DNA from: Chiloscyllium plagiosum | Taxonomy: Eukaryota | NCBI RefSeq assembly: GCF_004010195.1 | Contig: NC_057718.1 | Span: 12,446,121 to 12,510,120, forward strand | Reading direction: 5' to 3' | DNA length: 64,000 nucleotides | Part shown: in pieces, positions 49,865 to 61,985 of the stretch | Position numbering within the stretch: the stretch's first letter is position 1 | Layout: the number at the start of each line of letters is the position of its first letter | The notes under the pieces: generated by a model | Seen by the model: only the letters and a program-made list of their open reading frames with translations | What the model was told of the DNA's origin: nothing | Databases searched by the model: none | Program-made: the position numbers and the translations under genes

Positions 49865-52384
49865 AACCTGTCGTCACTTCCAGTCACCTCATACCATTTT
49901 CTACTTCAAGGGAAACAGTTTGGACATTTCCCAATTTCACCTGGTGACTGGTGTGTTAATGAGATCGTGTTCCTCCAACAATATCCACGTTCGGAAGCAA
50001 GTTGGAGCCTGGAGCTATGGATAGTTATGACTGATGTTCTTTCCATCACCAGGAATCTCTCCGGAATTGAACTCTGGCTATTGCATGTTTTGGAAGGATT
50101 TGCTCAACCTGTTTAGCTCTGTTACTTCCTTGGTCATTCCCAGGATGGGACTTGAATCTAGAGCTTCTAGCCCAGAGGCAGGGCACTATTGATTGCACTG
50201 AATGGAATGAACAGGAAAGACCAGTTACTTCAGCAAAGGTATCAATAAGCATGGATTTAAAACAGTGGGAGATCACCTGGAGAAAAGTTAGGAGATTTTC
50301 CTTACTCAAAGGGTTTGGGTTGTCTGGAACTCACTGATGACGGAGATGATGAACCACAATATTGAAAATAAAACACTGATATGCACTCGAAATGCTGTAA
50401 CTTACACAACAATGGAGTGTAAAAGGATTTATTTGGATAATTTGTTCTTCGATAATACAGATGCAATGCAATTAATGACCTCCTTCTGTACCATGGACTC
50501 CATCGAAACCATTAAAATCCCTCATCCCTGATAATGTCAGGTCGAGGTGAAGGTGGTGTAATGATAAGTTACTAGCAATCTACTACCCTGTGGGGATGTG
50601 GATTCTAACCCCAGCCTGGGAGCTGCTGAAATTTGAAATTAATTAATAAATCTGGAAAACAGCCAGTCTCAGTAATGTAAACCAACAGTTAATATTGTGA
50701 AACACTTGGATTCATTGATGACTTTCATGAAGGTAATCTGCTATCCTTATATGATCTATTCTACATGTGACTTCAGACCCGGCGCAATGTAGTTGACTTG
50801 TAAGTGGCGTCTGAAACAGCCTTGCAATACAGCTCAGTGTAAGGGCAATTAGTGATTCGCAACAATTGCCAATAATGTCAACATTCCATGAAAGAATAGA
50901 GAAACATCTTAGTGGACACCATCTGTAACCTTCCTGAGGCTTTGAAATCTTTTCTCAAATCTGAGGCCCAGGATTCTCTCAAGCTGAAGGCTAATTCCTT
51001 TGATGTCAGACTAGAGAGGATCAGAGATAAGGCCAGAGGAGTATTTCATTTGTATTTCTCGATGTTTCCATGGAAATAATTTAGTCTTTTGTAAGTGAGC
51101 CTTTTTTGCCAGTGACGTCAGAGATTAGTGAGACATAAGCAGACGTACGTTCCATCAGGAAACAAATGAGGCTGATGGTTGTGCTATTTATCCCACTCCA
51201 GCTGTGATTAGCTAAGTCAGCATAAACCCAGGAAGATTAAATATGGGCCATCCTGGGTTGGCTGTACTTTGAACAAATTGTGAAAAGGGAACCACTCCCT
51301 GTGTGAATTCTGGACTGAATAACAATCATTTCCTTTTTGTCCACCTGCCAGGATAATGTCAAGTCACCGTCATCTCCTCTCTACTGGAGAGGCAGTGTCA
51401 GCTTAGCATAGGTCTGAAGAATGATACCTTTACAGTGCTGGCTGAGCTGCTGTTACAACCTTCACTGCACATTAACCATGTGAATCCTATCAGGTAGGTA
51501 AGTCTTGTGGCACAGTGGTAGTATTAGTATAGGACCTGATGGGTATTGAAGATGTGCCATTAACCTGGCCAGAAGGGTTGATGAACCATGTGTAAATCCT
51601 TTTGGGGAAGTTTCCTGTTTTGTCAAAACTATGTGAATTGAAGCACAGCAATGTCCCGTAGTTAAAATATTCCACACACAGGACATCATTGTGATCAGGT
51701 GTCATCCTCATTCTGAGGGTCCACCAGAGGGAGCAAGCCCCTCTCCCACTCTGCATTGCTGCTCCCTCAGAATCAAGGCTGTGTCACATGATGCTCAAAC
51801 TAAACCCCACACCCCCTCTCACCATTGGATCTGTCTTTCATCATGGGGGCTAGCCTGCCATTCTGATTAGAGTGTAAACAGGAATTAAACAATCCATTCG
51901 GACAGTGCTTGACTGCCGTGTCCAATGACATTTTAAACAGCCCTCTCCAATATTTTTGGAATGAACCCAAGCATTCAAAGAAAAGGAAAAAGAATAACTT
52001 ATGCACAATTTTGGGGGAGGCATTTTCTCCCTGGAGTTTCTTCCAGCAATGTTCTGGAGAGAATCTTCAACTCCTTGCATGCTCCAGGCTAATGTTGGCT
52101 GATTGGCAACATAATATTGTCCTGAAGCGTTGACATTCCCTGGAACCTCAGCTGTGCTACTTGGATTGACTCTGAGAAGCATGAAATGGGAATGTTCAAT
52201 TGGCCATCTGTCTGATCTCAAATCTTACTGTCTGCTTCTGAACATGGATGACCAATGCATTTGAAATCCCTTGGAATTTAAAATTCTCATTCTCATATTC
52301 CAATTCTCAGCAAACCGTCACCTGCTTTCTCTGCAATCCATTTCAGCCCCACCATCCTCCAGAATCTCTGAATTGCCCCAATTG

Positions 52385-52600
52385 TAAGACCGTAACAAAT
52401 AGGAACAGGATTAGGCCATTTGGCCCTCTCATCTGCTCCACCATTCAATAGGATCTGTCATTCCTCACGTCCACTTTCCTGCCTTTCCCTGTAACCCTTG
52501 ATTCCCCGACTGATCAGGAATCTATCAATCTCAGCCTTAAATGTACACAAGGACTCTATCCCCACTGTTCTCTGTGGCAAGGTGTTCCAAAAACACAAAC
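52385..52600 (-). mobile_element. CR1 3' end
   Basis: Tail TAAGACCGTAACAAATAGGA..AGGCCATT followed by reverse-complemented LWNTLPQ..FKAEIDRFL. Confidence 0.75.
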
Positions 52601-53680
52601 TTCTGGCCTTCTGAAATTTTTAAAAGCCCTTGAACATGTGCATTTAACATCTAGTCAAGATGATAACGAGAGTTGGCATTGAGTCACATATTTTAGGAAA
52701 TATGAGGATATGAGACCAAAATCTCAGTTAAAGAGGTAGGTCTTAAGGAGTATCTTAAAGGAGGACAGAGAAAGACATCCAATTTAGGGAGGGAATTCCA
52801 AATCTTAGAATTCTGCAGCTGAAGTTATATAAACCTCACCCGTGAGGATAGCGTGATGGCACAGTGGTTCCTCCCAACACCATGGACCTAGGTTCAATTT
52901 TCGCCTTGGGTGACTGTATGTGTGGAGTTTGCATGTTCTCCCTGTGTCTGCGAAGGTTTCCTCGCACAGTTCAATGATGGGACTGAGTCTGGGTGGGATG
53001 CTCTTTCAAAGGTCAGTGCAGACCCAATGAGCCAAGTGGCCTCTGTCTGTATAGTAGGCATTCTATGACTCCAGCTAGGTCCCATATGTGCTTGTCTTAG
53101 ATTCTTAGAGCTAGGACAGAGGTGAGGTGTTACAGCTACCTTAGGAAAAAAACTCAAGAGGGTATTTGTCTGTTAGAAATATTTCTAAAAGATTGAGTTT
53201 GGCTTTTTGCAGAATTAGATACAGTCATTTGGAAGTTAACACAATGATTGCTCTATTATTAGGTTCAATTTTCTGGTTTCTGTTACATTTAAACCCTCCC
53301 TGTCTGTACTAAACAAATGGAAATCAAAGTTGGTTGCAGTGTCTGACACTTAACTGTAGCACTGATGGCAAAAACAGATCATCCATTGGCTCTGCAATGT
53401 TACCATTCATCCCAACTCCTTACAGATTCCCAGTGACCATATCGCACACTGGAACTAATGGGACGTGTGGCTGTGAGGATGTGATAGTGTTCAGCTTTGA
53501 TAATAAATTAGCACGATGCTTTCATCCTCACTCTTGTTCTGTCATGCATTGTTTGCCCCTTACTCTATTCTCCCCATGCACTATTTTCCTTGTTAGAACC
53601 TTTTAGTCTCGTTGTAGTATTGAGACAGAAAGTGGCATGGTGGGAATGTCACTGGGCTAGTGAACCAACTTAATGGTCAA

Positions 53681-54027
53681 TGAATCATAGAATCCATACA
53701 GTGTGGAAGCAAACCATTTGGCCCATACCACCCTTCCAAAGAGCATCCTACCCAGACCCATCAACCAATCCTATCCCAGTAATCCTGCATTTTCCACAGC
53801 CAACCTACATAGCCTGTATATCCCTGGACACTATGGGACAATTTAGTATGGCCAATCCACCTAACTTGCACATCTTTGGACTGTGGAAGGAAACTGGATC
53901 ACCCAGCGGAAACCCCATGAAGATACGGGGAGAATTCGCAAACTCTACGCAGACAGTTGCCTGAGGGTGGAATCAAATCCAGGTCCCTGGTACTGTGAAA
54001 CAGCAGTGCTAACCAGTGGGCCACGCA
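53681..54027 (-). mobile_element. HE1-type V-SINE nested in an older SINE (a further degenerate + copy lies at about 52850-53070)
   Basis: Reverse complement matches HE1 (GGCCAATCCACCTAACTTGCACATCTTTGGACTGTGG and GCAGTGCTAACCA). Confidence 0.8.
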
Positions 54028-57000
54028 ATGCTTTGGGAATTGTGGGTTCAAATCCTACTGTAGAGGCTGGTAAAATTTAAATTGAACTAGTTAAGCCTGG
54101 AATTGTAAATCTAGCTTCTATAGGAGTGACCATGACAACAATCACCCATTAGATGGACTTTAAAAATCCATCTGGTTCACTGATTTCTGCCCTTCTTAAC
54201 TAGCCGACATGTGATTCAAAACTCACAGCAATGAGACTGACTCTAGAATGGCCAAACATGTGACCCAGGGCAAGAACAATTACAGATGGCCAGTAATTCC
54301 CACTAAAGAATAACTTTGGATATAAACTTCTGGTGTGAATTGTTGCTGTCCAGGAATGAAAAGGGAAATTGTGTTTGAGGTGTAGCAGTTTTCAGGATCA
54401 TATCAGAGAGATGGGATGAAAAGTTGGGAGGGCAGAATAGACTGGATTAGAAATCCTTGCCAGACAGATGTACAGATACTGATGTACTCTGCCTTTAATG
54501 CATCAATTTTCCAATGTATTAAATATGTTCACATATAAACTTTGACAATCACAATTTCTGCTTTGTAGATCTTTTAGTATCAGAGAAAAGTCCATGCTTC
54601 TGCTTATCTGCAAATATTCAAATCACAGATTCTAACTGTTTCCGTGTTTGGATTTAGGTGACATGAAATAATAGATACAATATTAAGTAATGATAATGAG
54701 ATATGTACAAGTGGCCCCTTTCAAAATGTTCAGACCCAAATCTTTTATAGAGCAAACCTGCTCATTTGAAATCAGATCACAAACAGGAAGAATTTACTGA
54801 TCAGGCTTTGAGGGTGAGGTTATAGAGATTCGGAGGTTGCATTTTGAGGTTTCTTATTTATTGCCTATTAATGCCCTAGTTTATCAAACTGAATTTCTTG
54901 TCGCATTTTCTTCCCCTGTCTCGCTCAACACAGTCAATGATTGTTGAGCTTAAAGGACTCAAACAGGATTTGAACCTTTGTAGAGGAGCCTGAGCCTGTG
55001 ATGTTGTGGATCTCAAGAGGTCAGACCCATTGCACAGAATCCTATCAAGCCCCCGCTACAGAACAGTTACTAACACTCTGTTTTATGAAGAAGCATCGTT
55101 CTCTTACTAAGTAAATATTTGGTACCTATTACTGTACACTGGCTGAATGCCTTTGTCCCAGTTGTGAACTTAATTGCTATATTTAAGGTGGAAAGATTTG
55201 CATTAATTAATTTGACATCTTTCACAACATCATGGCATCCCAGTGCAATATGTATGTCATAAGGTGATGATGGAAAACGGAATAAGCTGCACATTTTAAA
55301 GTTTAGTTTTGGAATGTGAGCATGACTGGCAACTCTTAATTACCCTTGAATGGAATGTTTTGCCCTGCCCTCAGAGGGCAGTTAATAATTTACCACGTTG
55401 CTGTGGGTCTGGAGTCACATATGGGTAAGGATGGCAGATTTCCTTCCCCATCGTGAATTAGTAACCAGTGCAGATTTTTCTTTAAAAATAGAAATAGTTT
55501 CAAACATAGAGACTGGTTTTTAAATTCCAGAATTATCAATTCATTTTCATGAGCTGATTTAATTCAAGTTTCACCAGCAACCATAGTGAGGTTTGAACCT
55601 GTGTCTCCAAAGCATAAGCCTCATTAAACTAGTGTCATTACCACCTCACCACCTCCCCTATGCTGCTTGTGGGAAAGCTTAGTTGAATGCATCCTGTCCT
55701 GAAGATTAGTACAGCAGCTGTATAAATGGTGGCATTCCCTGAGTAAACAGTGGAGCATAAACAAAGCACACTCCCCATCTAGTAATCTGTAACACACATT
55801 TCACAGTCAGTTTTTACACAGTGTGTGCTGTCAGCACTACCTTCCCAGTCCAATGTAACGAGACATGTTTCTCGTGACTGGGTTTTGCAGTGATATTGTT
55901 AGCCAGGTGGAGGCTAGAACCTATTACGGGTTATGTGGCAGGTGAAGTTATCAGAATGCTGGTGCACACATGCCAATCACATGATGCCTCAGCTCTGGCA
56001 CTCTTACCTTTAAGGAAGCAAATCATGGGTTCAAGTCCCACAGTGGAGAATTTGGTGTGCATTCCAGTCCAGTGCTGAGGAAGTGCTGCACTGTTGGAGG
56101 TGCTGCCTTCTCTGATGATTCTCTGGACACCATGGCAGCATTTTGAAGATCAAAATGTTCCCAGCAGCTGAACTTTTAGCCAGAGAAGGAATTTCCTGAT
56201 ATTCTAGTCAATATTTATCCCTCAACCAAGATCACAAAAGAAATTATCTTGATATCTCTGTGTGGAAGCTTGCTGTGCCCAAATTATCTGCTGCATTTTT
56301 CCTAAATTGCAATGTTGTGCCTCCAGGGGATGTAAAAATCTTATCAGACTTGCTGGTGTTCTATTGCCTCCCGATGCCAATGTATTTATAGCTGGTGCTA
56401 CTCATTCCTAAGTTTGAAACCTAGGGCTGCAGGCCTGAATTCCCACAGGAAAGAAACACTATTTCAGAAAAGATGTGGAATTGGTGGGTGTGATGGGAAT
56501 GGTTTTAAATTGAGGCCTGACAGCAGCTCCTCACCAGAAGGAAAAAAACGGTGAGACTCGAAAATGACACTCACCGGTCCGACTCGTACTTCAACTTGGA
56601 TTTCCATTATAACCTGTCTGTTCATTTCCAAATAGTGTTTGTTTCTGAAGTCAGTCTCGTTCTGAAGGAGGGTCACTGGACCTGAAATGCAGCCAGACCT
56701 GCTGAGCTTTTTCCAGGAATTTCTGTTTTTGCTTCTGATTTACAACATCTGCAGTTTTTTTTTGCCCTTTCCGAATATTACTGATTTTACAATCTGGCCA
56801 GCCCTGGGAAATCCCATGAATTGGGGTCCAAATCTGCAGTCAAGCCCTTTATGTAAAACTGCTAAGTCAAAGTTGAGAATGTACTAAGTCCAGTTTGTCT
56901 TTTGCTGGCACCATTCTTCAATTGGTGCATCCATGCAGGTCTACATGGGCCCTAATGAGGCCTGGTGTAAAAACTCATGGCCTCAGAACTAAGGCTTAGA

Positions 57001-57879
57001 CCCTGAGGCCTGAGGCCTAAAGCTTAAAGATCCAGATTCAAGAATATTTCTTCACACACACAGGAAGCAATGAGGGGGATGAAGAGCACTCGGTGGTAAG
57101 GCTCAGATGTTGAAAGTGAAGGTGACACAGTAGTAATCTCTCCACGGCAATTTATTGGTTATAAATTACATTTGTTTCAACCCTGCTCTTACAGACAGGA
57201 GAAGGTGCTGAGTTTTATTGCCTCCCTCCTGTCAGCACAGTTGGTGATTTGTGCTCCCAGGCCCAGAGTGTTTTCCTCCTTTTCCAACATGTCATGGGAT
57301 CAAGTTACATACAATGTTAGTGGGCCTGGCAGGGTTTGACCCTGAGTCACCTACTTCCTGTTTCCTCTGAACTCCGCAGTGTGGGAACAATTCTCCCTCT
57401 CACGGACCCTTTCAGCTCACCGAGAAATGGCAAGATAGTGAAGAACGTAAATAAACTCAGAGGCCGTTTCACGGTGAGAGTGTCTGAGTTAAACACACCT
57501 CAGTGTGCTGGCCAGGTGGGATTTCTCAACAGCCAGGGTCTGTGAGTTTTGATCAGACATTGTCTAGCCTCTCACTAAGTGTTAGATGCCAGCATTCCCA
57601 ATCATTTGTCAAGCTGTAAATAATGCCTGCAGGGTAACTCCACTGCACAGACATAATGCCACCCTTATGGCCTCTATACATAACACAGAAAGATAGCATT
57701 GTTACATTGACCAGAGGTTTTCAATCAGAGAGTGGAACCAGTGGCACATACGGGAGTCAAGCGGGAAGTTTTATTTCCACCCCTCAGCCAGCAGAGGTGG
57801 GAGCTTGGAGTGAGGGGTGTACTGTCTCATTAGAGTCCGAAGAATGAAAGGTGACAGAAAAGTCTTACTGGGGCTCAGT

Positions 57880-58175
57880 GCAGTTAAGGATATTTCCCTG
57901 TGGTCAGTGTTTCTAGAACCAGGGGGCACAGTCTCAGGATTAGGAGCAGGCCATTTAAGACTAAGTTGAGCAGGAATTTCTATCCTCAGAGGGCCGTGGA
58001 GGCCTAGCCATTCAGTGCGTCCAAGGCAGAGATCAATAGAGCTCTCGATATTGAAGGTACCATAAGGATAGTGTGAGAAAATAACATTGAGGTAGAGGAC
58101 TGACCATGATCCAGCCCAATGTAGAGCAGACTTGATGGGCTGAATGGCTGACTATAGTGTTCCTATTTCTAATGT
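57880..58175 (+). mobile_element. Old CR1 3' end
   Basis: AGAACCAGGGGGCACAGTCTCAGGAT..AGGAATTTC and the 3' UTR GATGGGCTGAATGG. Confidence 0.65.
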
Positions 58176-59861
58176 GCCTGTTCATTTGCTGGGTCTCAGC
58201 ACATCTCTTCCACGGCTTAGACTACAATCATTTACTCTCTCTCTCTTACTCATCAACCTGTCATCGCCTTAAAAAGAAATGGTAACTTTTAAACTCAATG
58301 CTGTGTGGGAACCAGGGTGCTGTTTAAGAGCTATATTTCTACTCGGTTCACTGCAAAGGTCCGGCCCCTCAGTTAGTAGCACTCCACGGCATATAGTCCA
58401 CCTCAAAACTCACTCTGAGATTAGCAGTTCCACACCTGACTCTATAAAACATGCTTGGCTCCCCCTCCCTCTCTGTCACAGAGCTCTCAGCCTATATTCA
58501 CAGCAGGTACACTCATTACTGACCACTGTCTGGTTAATGAATTACGAAAAAATACAATCACTTCACCACACTCTCAATAACAGCTCAATCACCCTCTAAT
58601 GACAAACAGCTCTGACCACCTTCACATCTGCAAACCATCGGCACCATACTCTTGACATTAATGATATAATTCCACATGATTACAAGCCCCTTTTATCAGG
58701 CAAGCCCCCAACCACCCCAGCAACCACATCTGTAATTCATCGCCTTGTCTTCCAATACTTCTCACAACCTGTCCCAGAGGTTTTTACTTTTTGCTTGCTT
58801 TTCTGTTAATTCAGTATTCAGCCTTTTGTCAAGGTGAGTGGGATTGCACATCTACAAAGAATGTTATCGGCCGTTTAGAGACTAAATTAAAAACAGAACT
58901 GGTCTACTGTCGAATTCCAATAACTAGTCTGCCTTTTCGATGAGGTGTTAACTGAGGTCCTGTCTGCTCTCTCGGATGCATGTGAAACACCCGCTACAAT
59001 ACTTGGGAGAAAAGCAAGGAGTGTTCCCTGGTGCCTTGGCCAATATTAAGCCTTCATCCAACAACATTTTAGAATAATTTGCCCTGGTCGCCATCCCATT
59101 GCTGTTAGCAGGAGTTTGCTGCGTGTAAATTAGGCTGCTGTGTTATTCTGTGTTACCACAGTGACTTCAAAACGCTACTTCATTTGCTGAAAGCACGGTG
59201 CGACATCCAAATACAATCAACCCCCTGATGCCACTTCCATGGATTTGGACTTACTGAACCTCCCAGAGTGAAGGAGTAAATCAACATGTATGACTTCCAT
59301 CGGGATATTATGCTAAGCATATGCCCTTGGTGAGGTGAACATTTGGGAGAATGTGGGCAAAAAGCAACCTCTATGATTTGTATTTTATAAGATTCTCCAC
59401 TCTGGTAAGACTCTTATGTCTGCCGTGTCCTATGAAATGCAAGCAGAGGCTCACAATCTATAACCACAATTACAGTCACACAGCATAGAAACAAGCCCTT
59501 CAGCCCACCATATCTATGCTGACCAACAAAGACCAAACTACACCAATCCTATTCACCTGGAGTTGGTCCATAACCTACTGTGCCCAGGTGTTTTAAGTGT
59601 TCATCCAGATGGTTCTTAAATGTTGCGAGAGTACCTACCTCCATTACCCTCAAGTATGTTCCTTATACTTACCATCCTCTGGGGTTTGTTTCTCTCATCT
59701 TCTCTGAACCACTTGCTCCTCACCTTAACCCTCTACCCTATGGTCTTCCATGTAACCCTTCCAGTGTGCAGTTGCTTTTTTTATCAGACCTGTCTTCAGC
59801 AGGGTCAGAGTTCACATTCCCTGACAGGACAGATTTCAATAAAGCTGAAACTGGGAGAGAT

Positions 59862-59992
59862 CCTGATCAAGGACTTTTGCCTGAAACGTCGATTTTCCTG
59901 CTCCTCGGATGCTGCCTGACTTGCTGTGCTTTTCCAGCACCATTCTAATCTAGACTCTGATCTCCAGCATCCGCAGTCCTCACTTATGCCTA
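59862..59992 (+). mobile_element. Penelope-like terminal-repeat copy (family A)
   Basis: Matches 5752-5880 (CCTGAT.AAGG.CTTTTGCCTGAAACGTCGATTTTCCTGCTCCTCGGATG). No clear TSD. Confidence 0.8.
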
Positions 59993-60129
59993 GATATCAC
60001 CCAAAGTCAAACATTCGATCTGGAATGCAGCCGATTCTTGAAAACATACGTAACCCAGAAGTAATTTAACAATGGCTTCCTGCATTTATGCAACATGGTC
60101 AATGTGGTCAGGAATGCCAGGGTTTCTCA

Positions 60130-60720
60130 GGGGAACGTTACGAAGCAACATTCAACATTGAATGATGAAAATGTGTTCTTAAGGTGGGTCAAAGAGGCAG
60201 ATTGGAAAGAGTGTCTCAAAGGCAGAAAGAGAGTTTGGGAAGTGGAGAGGTTTAAGCAGGGAATGCAGAGTTCATGGAGGCAGCTGAATTCACAGATGAA
60301 GCACTCCAGGTTAAGAATATTGAAGAGGTAAAAATCAGATCTCTGAAGGTTTTATGAGAAAGAAGAGTTGTAAAGATACAGAGGTCATGAAGGGATTTGA
60401 AAATAAGGATGAGAATTTTTAAATTCCTGACAATGTAAGATAGTGAGTGCAAGGTGATAGATGATCGAGATTTGATTCAAGCAAAGACACAGGCAGCAGA
60501 GTTTTGGATGAATTCAGGTTTATGGAAGTTAGAACGAAGCCAGCCAAGATTGTGTTCGAGCAGGTAAAAGGTAACAGGGATACACCAAGTGTTTCAGCAG
60601 CAGATGAGGATTTAGGTGGTAGTGCAGTTATCTGGTAGGAAGCTCATCTCAAGATCAAACAGGATACCAAGTTTGTGAACAGTCCAGTTTTGCATTGGAC
60701 AGTTGTCTGGGGAAGGGATT
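60130..60720 (-). mobile_element. Degenerate L2 LINE 3' region (a similar + strand remnant lies at about 18880-19180)
   Basis: LKILILIFKSLHDL resembles the L2 ORF2 C-terminal motif FKILLL.FK.LHGL. Confidence 0.55.
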
Positions 60721-61729
60721 GAGGTGAATGATAAAGAACAGAGTTAACTAACAATACTCATGAGAAATTCCTCCAATGTCATATTACCAAAGATTTGTCC
60801 AGGCATGAACATTTGCTGATATTGCAAACTGTAATCTCACACCAATGAGATCTTTAGAGGGATTTTAACTATCAATTCACTCTAATTAAAAAATCAGGTA
60901 TAAACTTTAAACAACTGATAAAGGAATGGAGCACGGTAAATAAGGGCTGAAACTCGCAACTATTGACACCAGTGTTACTATTTGATTTGCTGCTATCAGG
61001 TCAGGAATAAGCTACAGAATCTTCGATGCCCTGGAAAACTAGACTTTCAGACAGGACTGAGAGCAAAAGACTGAAATTTGGCATTATCCCTCCCTGACTT
61101 CACACATCCCTATCTCTGAAACTTCCCTCTCTCATTAAATCCTAAGCTTGAACTTTTAGTTATTTACTCTAATAGTACCTTTTATCACTTCCTGTCTAAT
61201 GTTTCTTCATAACACTCCTGAGAGAAACGCTAGAGCACTTCACTACATTAAAGGTGTTACATAAATGCAAGAAGACATTGTTGAAACATTTCTTTATAAT
61301 GTATGTTTTCAAATTTGTATACACTCTGTGTTGGATTATGAAATGACCAATTAGATCTGGGCATGGTGTAAAGATTTGCAAACTGTAAGAATTTTCAGAA
61401 AACATGAATCAAATATAATATTGTATGAAGTTCTTTTTAAACAAAAATGTTCAACAGCATTTACCCTGGATATCTGAGAAAGCGACTGTAACCGCAGTAT
61501 TTTCCTTGTAATGGTTCAAAATCGTGAAGTTTGAAAGCCACTATGTGAAACAAAAGTCACTCATAATGAAAAATGACACTTGTATCTGTTTCATGTTGTA
61601 GTACATTGAAAAATCTTAAATCAGTTCCCACAGGAATTACTGCCTGACATCGAGTTTCTGTGTACTTTCCAAATGCCTTTGATTGATCCCTCAACAGTGT
61701 TGTTTGCCTCAAGGCACTGGGATTCTACC

Positions 61730-61985
61730 CCATCAGTTTAAAAATAAGGGGTGGTCCATTTAAGACAGAGATAAGAAGAGTTGTTTTTCTCACAGAGGGT
61801 TGTGAGTATTTCGGACATTTTTCCCAGAAGTAAAGTCTTTGCAAAATCTTGAGAAAGGTGGACATATACTTGGTATGCAGAGGGGGGGTGAAAGGTTATT
61901 AAGGGTGGGCAAAAAAGTGGATCAGTCATGAGTGCCATTATTGAACACTTGAGGGGTCTATTCCTACTCCTAACTCGTATGTTTG
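61730..61985 (+). mobile_element. Old CR1 3' end
   Basis: AAAATAAGGGG..CCATTTAAGACAGAGATAAG..TTTTTCTCACAGAGGGTTGTG. Confidence 0.65.

Noticed and set aside
51850..52221. 123-aa minus-strand ORF in unique sequence
   Set aside because: TTG start, no recognisable homology, and a length compatible with chance.
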